NCBI RefSeq assembly: GCF_021028975.2
Contig: NC_059432.1
Coordinates: 16,616,001 to 16,680,000, forward strand
DNA from: Sphaerodactylus townsendi
Lineage: Eukaryota
DNA: 64,000 nt
Reading direction: 5' to 3'
Positions 1 through 11,325 of the stretch are shown in pieces. The notes beneath the pieces were generated by a model, which saw only the letters and a list, made by a program, of their open reading frames with translations, searched no databases and was not told the DNA's origin. The position numbers and the translations under genes were made by a program. Within the stretch, counting starts at the first letter, position 1. Each line of letters starts with the position of its first letter.

Positions 1-62
1 TGGGGGACCCCGCGCTACTTGCCTGCAGTAGCACGGGGCAGAAGGTAAGTGGGAAAACGCCC
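1..62. mobile_element. Right end of a GC-rich PIF/Harbinger-like MITE (same family as 4215-4495 and 60609-60890)
   Basis: Hairpin CCCCGCGCTACT-loop-AGTAGCACGGGG followed by terminal AAGGTAAGTGGGAAAACGCC, matching the ends of the other two copies. Confidence 0.7.
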
Positions 63-759
63 AATGTAAACTTGGAATCCTTTGATTCTTCCACTGTCTA
101 AAAGTCCTCCACGTTCACACCCCTCTTGGATTTCTTGTTGCTAGCCCTAGGCTTTGTTTGGCTATTGATTTTCATGGTTGTTATAACATTAATGCTTATT
201 TGGGTAACGATATTTGATACTTACACAGTTTAGCTTCACATCTCATTCTGAAATGCAGCGGGTCTCTGGATCTTGATAATGACTTTTTAAATTCTGTCCA
301 ACATGTTGGCTGACAAACAGAGGGGTTTAGGTATTCATGACTGGTTGTCCTTAGCTCCATTATAGCAAGCAATACCTCACTTTATTCAATGTTGCCTGCA
401 TTAGTATTCAGAAAAAGAGAGTGAGTTTGGTGAAAACTGCCTCAATATTTATGTAACTCTGCTGGGGTCAGAGTTACAAGGGCAGCAAATGAAATTAAAA
501 AGGATCTATGTCACAAAAGCAAACAAGCATCAATCGCACTTTGATAAATTGCCCCACTGCTTAGTGTTTTTTAAAAAAAACCATTTTATTTTATTGACGT
601 GAGTCTAATGTTTTAATCCATAGCTTCATTTTATAACGTGCTTTAGTTGTTCCATCATTCTGAGCAGAGGTTTGAACATGAAGAGGAAATATGATGGGCG
701 AAGGGTCGGTGATCAGGAATACTGAGAACTTTTGCATGAACAAGTGGTCACTGAATAAA

Positions 760-1217
760 GGAGGAGGAGGAGGAGGAGCTGTTGTTGTTGTTGTTGTTGT
801 TTGGATTTATACCCCACCTTTTTCTCCTGGAAGGAGACTCAAGGTGACTTATAAGCTCCTTTCCCTTCCTCTCCCCACAACAGACACCTTGTGAGGCAGG
901 TGGAGCTGGGAGAGTTCCAAAGAACTGCAACTAGTGGTGGTGAACCTTTGGCACTCCAGATGTTACGGACTACAGTTCCCATCAGCCCCTCGCCATGCTG
1001 GCAGGGACTGATGGGAACTGTAGTCCATAACATCTGGAGTGCCAAAGGTTCACCACCACAGGACTAGCCTAATGTCACACAGCAGGAATGCAACAGTGCG
1101 GAAAACATCTGGTTCACCAAATAAGCCTCCGCCACTCAGGTGGAGGTGTGGGGAATCAAACCCGGTTCTCCAGATTCGAATCCACCTGTTCTTAACCACT
1201 ACACCATGCTGGCTCTC
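760..1217 (-). mobile_element. tRNA-CORE SINE (Squam3/MIR-like, older copy), interrupted by a hAT MITE
   Basis: Reverse complement of the SINE seen at 2126 and 8063; tRNA A/B boxes near 1150-1210; (GTT)n/(GGA)n tail at 760-801. Confidence 0.8.
932..1061. mobile_element. Short palindromic hAT (Charlie-like) MITE nested in a SINE
   Basis: Near-perfect fold-back TGGTGGTGAACCTTTGGCACTCCAGATGTT...AACATCTGGAGTGCCAAAGGTTCACCACCA; ACTAG on both flanks. Confidence 0.8.
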
Positions 1218-1441
1218 AATTTACCTTGATTGTGCTCTCTCATGGATTGTTTCTAGGTTTTCCAGCCTAAACTCATCCCTAGCCCCAAGCTGAATAGCTT
1301 TGCCACTGCACAGTAGCTGCTTGGGTTATATTCAATGGGTTGGTCATGGCTCAGTAATAACTAAAGCACTTGTGTTGTGGTATACAGCCACTTCTGCACT
1401 TACAAAGCCCACAAAGTAAACCTCCTTCATAATCAGACAAG

Positions 1442-1592
1442 GGGCACTTTTGCACATGCAGAATAATGCACTTTCAATCCACTTTCACAATTGTTTGCAA
1501 GTGGATTTTGCTATTTCGCACAGTAAAATTCAGCTGCAAAGTGCATTGAAAGTGTATTGAAAGTGCATTATTCTGCATGTTCAAAAGTGTCC
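1442..1592. mobile_element. PIF/Harbinger-like MITE (GCAGAATAATGCACTTTCAA family)
   Basis: About 35-bp terminal inverted repeats (TIRs); 3-bp TSD AAG at 1439-1441 and 1593-1595; relatives at 21345 and 39432. Confidence 0.75.
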
Positions 1593-2125
1593 AAGAAGTA
1601 CATGTCCCCTGGAGCCATGGCTGAATTGCTGATGTAACCTAGGGCTTTTCTGCATGGCTTTTTTCCTGTCAGTTCTGGCCCTGATCCCCCCAGCTTATCC
1701 CTTATTTCCGCGCTCATTTTTGTGCCCAGTTTCCACTTTTGTTTTGGTTTTGTTTTCCCTTGTTTTTGCCACTTGTTTTTCTGAGCCCACCTTCATCCTG
1801 ATGTTTTTTTCTGGAAACTATTCTGAGTCAGCTTTTTCCTTGTGCGTAATGTATTTCAAATTAGGCTCAAACTAGAAACAGAACTTATAAACCTCGATTA
1901 ATTCTCTCCTTACAAAACAAAGAAGAGTTTGAAAGAAAACCCTGGATGGCCGCAGGTTGGGATACTGGCAGCCCAATTTGGAGGGCGGGGGTGAACCCAC
2001 CAATGGAACCGGTGCATCCCTGTGTTGTGTGGGTGCCCACCTCACTGCACAAGGGGCAAGTGCACCCGTGGAGGGGTCACTTAGGCAGGTGCTGCATGGC
2101 TCTTTGACACCCAACCACAGTCCTT

Positions 2126-2432
2126 CAGCAGTGGCGTAGGAGGTTAAGAGCTTGTGTATCTAATCTGGAGGAACCGGGTTTGATTCCCAGCTCTGCCGCC
2201 TGAGCTGTGGAGGCTTATCTGGGGAATTCAGATTAGCCTGTGCACTCCAACACACGCCAGCTGGGTGACCTTGGGCTAGTCACAGCTTCTCGGAGCTCTC
2301 TCGGCCCCACCTACCTCACAGGGTGTTTGTTGTGAGGGGGGAAGGGCAAGGAGATTGTAAGCCCCTTTGAGTCTCCTGCAGGAGAAAAAGGGGGGATATA
2401 AATCCAAACTCTTCTTCTTCTTCTTCTTCTTC
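2126..2432 (+). mobile_element. Young tRNA-CORE SINE (Squam3-like)
   Basis: A box TGGCGTAGGAGG, B box GGTTTGATTCCC, CORE GGGTGACCTTGGGCTAGTCAC, (CTT)n tail; nearly identical to copies at 2632, 8063, 14702 and 31011. Confidence 0.9.
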
Positions 2433-2631
2433 CCCAGGCCTGCTGGTACAGAAAGTTGTGCCAGCATAGCTAGGGGCCTTTTGGGTTGTGGGCCGGGGAA
2501 TAGAACCTTATTTGGCTTCATGTACCTAGCCTCCATGTACCAACAGAGCCAGCCTCAGAGATATGTCATGTTTTGGGGGCTTTTTGTCAGAGGGGCTTTT
2601 CTACTTGTTTTGGTTTCTATTTTGGTTTCTA

Positions 2632-2906
2632 GGAGCAGCAGTGGCGTAGGAGGTTAAGAGCTCGTGTATCTAATCTGGAGGAACCGGGTTTGATTCCCAG
2701 CTCTGCCGCCTGAGCTGTGGAGGCTTATCTGGGGAATTCAGATTAGCCTGTGCACTCCCACACACACCAGCTGGGTGACCTTGGGCTAGTCACAGCTTCT
2801 TGGAGTTCTCTCAGCCCCACCTACCTCACAGGGTGTTTGTTGTGAGGGGGGAAGGGCGAGGAGATTGTAAGCCCCTTTGAGTCACCTGCAGAAGAGAAAG
2901 GGGGGA
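2632..2906 (+). mobile_element. Young tRNA-CORE SINE (Squam3-like); tail runs into a gap
   Basis: Nearly identical to 2126-2432. Confidence 0.9.
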
Positions 2907-3041
2907 NNNNNNNNNNNNNNNNNNNNNNNNNNNNNNNNNNNNNNNNNNNNNNNNNNNNNNNNNNNNNNNNNNNNNNNNNNNNNNNNNNNNNNNNNNNNNN
3001 NNNNNNNNNNNNNNNNNNNNNNNNNNNNNNNNNNNNNNNNN
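2907..3041. other. Assembly gap (N run)
   Basis: Run of n. Confidence 1.
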
Positions 3042-4214
3042 TGTGAACAGTTTGGGTTCATCCATTTTCATGGTAGACAATTGATGATTTATTAACACAT
3101 CGGTCAATGGTGATAAATACATACATTTTACAGCAAAAATCCAATGACCCAACACAAAATGATGCGGCAATCATTCAGTACTCACAAGAAAGAAGCAAAA
3201 CAAAATGAGAGTCGTTCAAATGGAATGATGAAACTTGCGAAATTGAATCACACCCCTAATTCTGTCCCGTAGAACTTTGTGAATGCTCTTTATCTTCATC
3301 TCCCCCCCAAAATCACCTTTGTTGCTCAGTTGCAAAATGTGTGACAACTATCCAGGTGACTCTCTTTCTGTGCTGAACTGTAGCTTTCTAGGCAGTCTGG
3401 AAGATTCATAACAGTTTGGGGGCGACAGTGTGTGTGTGTTCCATTTTGAGGGAGAGGCATACAGATTCTCTGCTCTGAGCTGACCACCTTTTCAGTCAAG
3501 TAATCAGGATGTCTTAAATTATAGAGGCACCAGCTTTCAGATTCTCAGATAAAGTATGGAACACGTTTGATTCCCCTGAACAGGCAAACCGGCGAATCCC
3601 CGTGGTCTTTAGTTATACATAAAGTGCAGCTCCTGAATACATAGTTCCAATGTTCGCTATAAATAACAGTTCTGCAGATAGCTCCATTCTTTGGTCTCAT
3701 CAATGTTGAATTAATATAATACATTCCATGTGATCATTTCCAAGTCTTCGTACACCTTAGGGGAACCCCAGTTGTTCGGCTTAGAATGTATAATACAAAG
3801 AGCTTTCCTTTAGCATTGGAGGTAGGCTGTACAGCCCATCTCCTGCTGACAAAGAAATAGTGTGTGGCTACCAGTTCTGGGCTCAGATGCTTCTTTAGAC
3901 TGCCCTGTGAAACCTTAGAAGAGGTTTCCTTCGAGTTCAGCATTTTAGGTTAGGGTCTTTACCACCCGATGCAGTAAATATTTGATGCTTATTTATTTTT
4001 TAAATAAAGAGGGACCTTTAGTATGATGCCCCCTACTTTCAGTATTTTTGTTATTGCCTAGTAATAAATTCATTTGTTATTTCCCCTTCCACATTTAACA
4101 GGAGGTCAAAATCCAAGTCTCCCTCGGATTTGTTCACATCACTAAGCTTGTTGGGCAGAGAATGTAGTTTTTCCTCAATATGTCTTCATTTAAGCAAGTC
4201 ACTGTATTTCTTTC

Positions 4215-4495
4215 GGCCTTTCCCCACTTCTCCTGCTGCCACCGTCGCTGCGCGCTGCTCTGAGCGCGCGGCATCCCTAGCATGCGTCTGGGCGTCCCCA
4301 CAACTCCGCGCTCTGCGCGGGGTCATCCAAAGGTGCCGTTTTTGCCAGCGCCAGGGATGCCGCGCGCTGAGTGGGCGCAAGAGCGGCAGCATCGGGGCGG
4401 CTGCGCTGTTGCCGCCCCTGACGTGGGGAGTGCAGTGGGACCCCGCGCTACTTGCGGAGAGTAGCGCGGGGCTTAAGGTAAGTGGGGAAAGGGCC
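4215..4495. mobile_element. GC-rich PIF/Harbinger-like MITE with internal hairpin
   Basis: TIR GGCCTTTCCCCACT / AGTGGGGAAAGGGCC; perfect 12-bp stem CCCCGCGCTACT/AGTAGCGCGGGG at 4441-4471. Confidence 0.7.
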
Positions 4496-5598
4496 TCTGT
4501 CAGCCTAGTGCTGGTACCATCCCATGGCAAGTACAAAAAGCTTCTATAAAAAAGGGGAGGAGCAGTTATTTTAACACTGTTCCCATTTTCGTACTAACGT
4601 GGGACTCAGTGTAGCCAACTGGTGTTGCAACACAGTTTTTAAAAGGCTTCCAAGCACCTGGGCAGAAGTTCCTGGAAGTCATTTTAGAGCACAAAATGTT
4701 TTCGAAAAATAAACAAAACCAACAGAAAAGTAAATACCTTTTGTTGTTTCCACTCTGCTTTAAGTGAGATTCTCTTTGCACGTTGGAAAGTCTTAGAACA
4801 GCTTCAGCCAAATCTCACTTTTTGTAGAGCAAGTTTCGTACTTCAGGAGACAGATGCTGTTTGTGATTTAAGACATTATATGGAAGTATTTGTCTGCAAT
4901 GAGTTAAATAATGCATGTGGGAAACCTACTGGCAGATTTTTTTAATAAAGATTCTGTTTTTCTAGTCCCAAACAGTAGATTTCAAAGGAAAATCCATCTG
5001 GCTTACTGAAGTTTGTAATGAATCCAGACACATTCTTCTCTGTTGTCAGCTGCTTGCTTTCGTGAAGTGCCTTTTGAGGGGGGGAATGTTTCTTGTAGTC
5101 ACTCTACATGATGGGTTTTGCAATCGCGTTCAAAGCTGTTTTTCTGTCTACATTCAAATGTTTGAGTCCAGTGTCAGCTTAATAATTGCATATGAACAAT
5201 GAGACCAAATAATCTTCTTCATCTTTCAAAAATCCCAGGTGCAAATCAAAAAAAGATGACTCTACAGGTGTCTGTATAGGAGAAGGAGAGGTATTTGTTG
5301 CTGGTCTCAGTAGGGATGTATTTTCTGTAGCTGGAAAAGCTACAGAATATGATCAAGGGGTTTGAGATTGTTACAACTGAGAAAAAAGGAGGAGCCCTTC
5401 GGATGTTATGCACAAATGAATTGACAGCTTGCCAGTCCTGTGTACCAAGAGTAATCCCCTGGAGGGTTCTGGGTTGCATGTGTGTATGCACATTAAAAAA
5501 TCATGCATTGCCTGATTCTCACAAAATCGATCACCATGTCTTTTGGGGACATCTTGATTATGGCAGGCTAGGGATGCAAGGGCTGAAAAGGGCTAGCA

Positions 5599-5745
5599 CA
5601 GGGGTCTGCAACCTGCGGCTCTCCAGATGTTCACGGACTACAATTCCCATCAGCCCACTAACCCATCAACCCATCAGAAGCAGGAAGGGGCTGATGGGAA
5701 TTGTAGTCCATGAACATCTGGAGAGCTGCAGGTTGCAGACCCCTG
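5599..5745. mobile_element. Palindromic hAT MITE
   Basis: TIR CAGGGGTCTGCAACCTGC; 8-bp TSD GGCTAGCA/GACTAGCA. Confidence 0.85.
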
Positions 5746-6950
5746 GACTAGCAACATTAGGCTTTTCAGCTCACATAAAGAACATCAAAAGCAGCACAGA
5801 ACATCAAAAGCAGCACAGTAGAGGCTTATAAAACTATGGGTATCTAAAGGGACAAGATGGAGAGATAGTCTCTATCCCCTTCATGTAATGAAATGTGCAG
5901 TAGTCCAATAATTGTCAGTAGGAGGTTAGGTAGAAAGTGTGTGATTGGCCTTTGGGGGAGGGCGGTATATAAATATGATAAATAAAATAAATAAAATAAA
6001 GGTCATCCTTCACGTTTCCGTGACAGAGTGGGGATTCGAACCTGGATCTCTCAGATCCTAGTCAAGTACTCTTATCCCAGCTAACTCTTACTAAATAAAT
6101 TATTGTTTTCAGTGTCTTCCTTTTCTTCTCTGTGTCGAATACCACTTTGCTGGTATTTTAAAAATGCAAATAAGAAGAGGAGGGGTTCGCCAGTTTATCA
6201 AGGATAAATCTTTGCATGGCTGTTAGCTGGCTAGCCAGATAGAAGCTTCAGTGTTCAGAGAAAGGCTGTGACAAACCCGGGGCGGCCGGGGGGGGGGGGG
6301 GATCATGCCCCACTTGAAAGTTTCCCAGAAGCCTCTGGGGCTGGCTGCTGCTGGAAAGAGAGTGCGGGAGTGGGTGAACTTTTGATCTGATCCAGATGGA
6401 CCCTTCCTGTGCTTTTAGTTAATTATAGCGTGCGCCTTACCATAAACGTGTCCCCCTCCCGATATTCTAACATCCTGGTCGCTGCAGAGAGCCAAGCACT
6501 TCCAGGTATGCAGAAGAAGTATTTTCGCTTTCAATTACATTTCCTTGATGCCGTAGCAAAAGAGATGAGGCTGGAGGCCCGGGCTGCTGCAGAAGCACTT
6601 TGCATTCTCTGTTTAATTAAAACGCGGCAGGTGATGCCAAAGGAATCGAGACTGTACAATGGATCGGCCCGTGCCAAATATTGGGATTTCGTGGGGACTT
6701 GGCGAGGCATCTGTGCAGACTTCCTACTGGTTAATATGTGCGCAGCCTGTTTTGCAAGGCCCATTGAGCTCAACTTATTTTATTTGACATTTTCTCCTCC
6801 GCTGAATTGTTGGGTTTTTCTTTTTTTTTGCCGAATGTAATGAAGCTGGAGAAAGAAGCCCTGGGTGGTGGGCCAGCCATTCAAGGACGGAGGTATTAAA
6901 CAAATCAAGGGTCTTTGCCTTTTGTAAACGGATGCTGAGCTATAAGTCAC

Positions 6951-7496
6951 AGGATTGGAGCACCTTCCTTATGAGGAGAGGCTGCAGCGTTTGGGACTCT
7001 TTAGTTTGGAGAGGAGACGTCTGAGGGGGGATATGATTGAAGTCTATAAAATTATGCATGGGGTAGAAAATGTTGACCGAGAGAAATTTTTCTCTTTCTC
7101 ACAATACTAGAACCAGGGGGCATTCATTGAAAATGCTGGGGGGGAGGAATTAGGACTAATAAAAGGAAACACTTCTTCACGCCACGTGGGATTGGTGTTT
7201 GGAATATGCTGCCACAGGAGGTGGTGATGGCCACTAACCTGGATAGCTTTAAAAAGGGCTTGGACAGATTTATGGAGGAGAAGTCGATCTATGGCTACCA
7301 ATCTTGATCCTCCTTGATCTCAGATTGCAAATGCCTTAGGAGACCAGATGCTCAGGAGCAGCAGCAGCAGAAGGCCATTGCTTTCACCTCCTGCATATGA
7401 GCTCCCCAAGGCACCTGGTGGGCCACTGTGAGTAGCAGAGTGCTGGACTAGATGGACTCTGGTCTGATCCAGCAGGCTAGTTCTTATGTTCTTATG
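6951..7496 (+). mobile_element. CR1 LINE, 5'-truncated (ORF2 C-terminus plus 3' UTR)
   Basis: Translates as GLEHLPYEERLQRLGLFSLERRRLRGDMIEVYKIMHG...WNMLPQEVVMATNLDSFKKGLDRFM, a typical CR1 ORF2 end; terminal (TTCTTATG)2 repeat. Confidence 0.92.
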
Positions 7497-8062
7497 ACTG
7501 ATCAGCAAGGTCAGCCACATCCTAAAGGTGTCCAGTGACCTGCCCATGAAGAGCTGAGGGTTTCAGGTTGCTTCTCAGCAGACAGGTGTTTCCATGACAG
7601 GCCTGCCGACAGGAGGTGCTTTGTAGCAATCTGGAGAGAGCAGCCGAAACATACCTGGAAAGAACAAGCACTTATCAGCTGTTCCGTATCTGTAGCACTT
7701 TGTTCCATTAGCGCTAAGCAACCGTCGGGGCTGATTGCAGCACAAATGAATGCTAATCACAGTTTAATTTAGTATTTTATGATACAAAATGGGATATCAA
7801 GTAGCTTTTGGTCTCTTCCCCCAGAGTAGTCACTGATGCATCAAACATGTGATCCAATTTACTAGTTTTAACATAGTCTAACAGACTGCAGATGGTCAGC
7901 TTTTCTGTTGCCTGGTTCGGTTCTATTTTCCCTATATTAGTGTGTGTGTGTTTGGGGGCGGGGGTCAATCAGATCCCCTTAGAAGCAGGCTTGATAATGT
8001 GGAAGACAGATAATTGAGTGCTGTGCTGTTATTGGGGGGGGGGGGTAACTAAGGAATGACCA

Positions 8063-8356
8063 GGAGCAGCAGTGGCGTAGGAGGTTAAGAGCTTGTGTAT
8101 CTAATCTGGAGGAACCGGGTTTGATTCCCAGCTCTGCCGCCTGAGCTCTGGAGGCTTATCTGGGGAATTCAGATTAGCCTGTGCACTCCCACACACGCCA
8201 GCTGGGTGACCTTGGGCTAGTCACAGCTTCTCGGAGCTCTCTCAGCCCCACCTACCTCACAGGGTGTTTGTTGTGAGGGGGGAAGGGCAAGGAGATTGTA
8301 AGCCCCTTGAGTCTCCTGCAGGAGAGAAAGGGGCGATATAAATCCAAACTCTTCTT

Positions 8357-8386
<30 letters not shown>
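8063..8386 (+). mobile_element. Young tRNA-CORE SINE (Squam3-like)
   Basis: Full head, CORE and long (CTT)n tail. Confidence 0.9.
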
Positions 8387-8387
<1 letters not shown>

Positions 8388-8961
8388 AATATCTCCTCAA
8401 GGAAGAATATAGACAGGTTCCTTTTTCTTGCAAATGAAACTGCAAGCAGTTTTTAACACCTGGTTAAAATCAGGTAAAGACCAGGTAGGGAGGGAGGCCT
8501 GATTTAACCTCCAGGTTGTCAGCTGGCCATCCCCACAATAAATCAGTCCTTATGTGAAATGCAGGTATAGAAGCCAGAGGTCTAAGGAGACATATCTGAT
8601 GCTACACTAAATGTTTGCTTGCTTCCGAGAACCTCAGCCGTGCATCAAATTCCCAGCACCCCACATTCTCCGTTCCTGTTTGAAAGTGTTAACAGCCACT
8701 TGTGTGGAGGGGAAACATGGACAAGCGATGTGTGGTGATGTTTCAATTTAAAGCAGATTGTCTTAGATATTGACTTTGCTCCTGCCTTTTCGACAGCACT
8801 TGCCTCCTAATGCAATTCACATTTGTTCAAGTTTAAGCTACAATGCTGTTCATAGGCACCGTAACTTGAATGCAGACAAGGCCCACGGCCTGCCCTCCAG
8901 TTGAGCCTGCATGCATTCCTGCAGCATCAAACCCACAGTGGACCCTAGGTGTGTTTTTAGA

Positions 8962-9068
8962 CGGGGGTCTGCAACCTGTGGCTCTCCAGATGTTCATGTT
9001 CAGGGCTGCAGGGCTGATGGGAATTGTAGTCCATGAATATCTGGAGAGCCAAAGGTTGCAGACCGCTG
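8962..9068. mobile_element. Palindromic hAT MITE, internally deleted
   Basis: Same TIR family as 5599-5745; TTTTAGA(C) on both flanks. Confidence 0.75.
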
Positions 9069-9534
9069 TTTTAGACAGACATGCAAACTCTCCGTTCTTT
9101 TTTCCCAGGAGGCTGACTTTTCCCAGGAGGCTAAGTGCTGATTGGCTCGTACTAGTCGCAAAAGTTCTTTAAGAAGACACTCAAATGTTGGCCTTTTCTG
9201 CAGACACAGCTTACCACAGATTTTCCCAGTGGGGGTCAAACCTTGAAAACATTTCCTGTGAAATCATTCTCCCCCCACCCCTGTTGTTTTGCTGCCTCCA
9301 GCCATCTCTTCAGTTTCATTCATTCCACACGCTACCTTTGAAAGTATATTATTCCTGAGAGTGGAGGGATGCCGTCCGTGATGCCGATCCCTTTCTTTCT
9401 TTTGCACAAGCGCTCTAGCTCTACTGCACAGTTTCATCTTGAAGCAACAATTCAAAAATGTCTTGGCCCTATTGATTTTTTAAAATATTTTTTATTGTAT
9501 AGAATATTTATACATTTGTTACAATCAATATCTT

Positions 9535-10084
9535 GGGTGCTGTGTGGTTTCCGGGCTGTATGGCCGTGTTCTAGCAGCATTCTCTCCTGACGTTTCGCCT
9601 GCATCTGTGGCTGGCATCTTCAGAGGATCTGATGTTGGGAAAGCAAGTGGAGTATATATCTGTTGGAGTGTCCAGGGTGGAGTGAAGCAGCGCGCCAACT
9701 GAGTAACAAAGGCAACCAGGTCAATAGTTGAGGGCATCTGAATAGAAGTATGAGTAACAATGAAGACTATAGCCTGGGAGTAACCCTGTAGATAGCAAGG
9801 TCACTGGTGGGAGCATCTGAATAGAAGTATCTTGGCCTTTGTTTCTTTTGTTCAAGTTTAAGCTACAATGCCAAGATACTTCTGTCAAACCTGAGTTACT
9901 CCAAACCTAATCTCATTACTCACTATTCAAATGCCCTCAACCTGACCTGGTGCTGACCACCCTGGACTAACAGATGCCTCTCCACTATCTAATACCAACT
10001 TCCTGAATCAGCAGCATCCTCTTTAAACTAAACCCTTATCCAGGCTTAACCTAATGATCCGGCCGTGAAATGACTTCGACAATG
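9535..10084. mobile_element. Penelope-like element: two pseudo-LTR arms in inverted orientation
   Basis: Minus-strand arm 9535-9846 with hammerhead motif; degraded plus-strand arm 9871-10084 ending CCGGCCGTGAAATGACTTCGACAAT; 13-bp TSD CAATCAATATCTT at 9522-9534 and 10085-10097. Confidence 0.82.
9585..9627 (-). ncRNA. Minimal type I hammerhead ribozyme (Penelope-associated)
   Basis: Minus strand reads UCCU-CUGAAGA-UGCC(loop)GGC-GAAAC-GUC-AGGA: conserved CUGAnGA and GAAA cores, stem I UCCU/AGGA, stem II GCC/GGC, GUC cleavage triplet. Confidence 0.8.
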
Positions 10085-11172
10085 CAATCAATATCTTTCA
10101 TTCCATCTTATACATGTTTCCACTTTTCTCCCCCCTCCCCTCTTTTTCTATTGGATTTATTTCATGCGTAAAGCCTTGGGAGTATTCCCATTCTTCTTAT
10201 TCTCTTATTCCATAGTTCTTTTCGTTAAATCCGAGCTTCTTCCATCCATTTTTTCATACAATGTCCATAGCTTCATAATATCTTCTCCATTTTTTTTTCT
10301 TTTCCATAATTTATTTTTTTTTGTCCAGTCTCTCAAAGAGATCTCTCAACTGTATTTGTTCCCATATGTATTCCAACCATTTTGAAACTGTCCATTTTTT
10401 GTTATCTTTCCAGCCCAACACCAACACTGCGTGTGCTGCTCTAATCATTATTTTATACAATGGTTCCAAACTTCTGTTCACTCTTATATCATCTATTATC
10501 CCCACAATTAGTAATTCATTATTTACATCAATTTTTACTTTTACTAACTGTTCGACATATTTCAAAATATTCTCCCAAAACTTTTTCTCCACTTTGCATT
10601 CTATCCACATATGTGTATAATATGCTCCTTTTTCTCCACAATGCCAACATTTTGGGCTTAATCCTTTAATCATATAGGCTAGTTGTATTGGGGTTCTGTA
10701 CCATTTAAGTAGTCTTGGCCCTATTGAGAACTACCAACCCAAAATGGAAGCCAAAATAACTGCTGGAGCAGGTTCCATTACCTGGAGAAACAGCAAGACA
10801 CGGCCCCCCGCAAAAAGCTGCACTTTTTTGGCCAAATCTGATCTTCGGTAATGCGCATTCATTACTGCAGCGGTCTCTGATTACATGCAGTGATTCGTCC
10901 TAGTATGCTTTTCAGTTGCCCCCAGCTTCAAAATTGCTCTCTGCCCTAATATTACATTAGCAGTTCAATATAAAATTGATAAAGCTGATCCAATCAATCA
11001 TGCCAGTTTGTATCTCTGCCTCAACGGTACAGTGCTAGTTTGATGCGACAAACAGTATAAAAAAACCCAGTAATTGATAACTCCTTTTGAAAATGGAAGA
11101 AGGGGGGGCAGCAGAAAATGATTGAAGGGAAAGTTGGGCAACTGAGCAGAGCATAGATAATGGCCAAGTGTT

Positions 11173-11325
11173 NNNNNNNNNNNNNNNNNNNNNNNNNNNN
11201 NNNNNNNNNNNNNNNNNNNNNNNNNNNNNNNNNNNNNNNNNNNNNNNNNNNNNNNNNNNNNNNNNNNNNNNNNNNNNNNNNNNNNNNNNNNNNNNNNNNN
11301 NNNNNNNNNNNNNNNNNNNNNNNNN
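11173..11325. other. Assembly gap (N run)
   Basis: Run of n. Confidence 1.

Larger units (their letters stand above)
9476..10711 (-). mobile_element. L1-clade LINE, 5'-truncated, interrupted by a Penelope insertion
   Basis: ORF 10311-10673 (CWHCGEKGAYYTHMWIEC...FWENI) is the L1 ORF2 C-terminal CCHC region; A-rich tail at 9476-9495; 16-bp TSD GTCTTGGCCCTATTGA at 9460-9475 and 10712-10727. Confidence 0.88.

Noticed and set aside
2126-2210. tRNA-like A and B boxes
   Set aside because: These are SINE heads continuing into CORE and tail sequence, not tRNA genes
3216-3260. Frame reading FKWNDETCEIESHP, reminiscent of a C-type lectin WND..C motif
   Set aside because: It stops before the expected F.C motif, has no splice context, and the end resembles a DNA-transposon terminus (CACACCCCTA)
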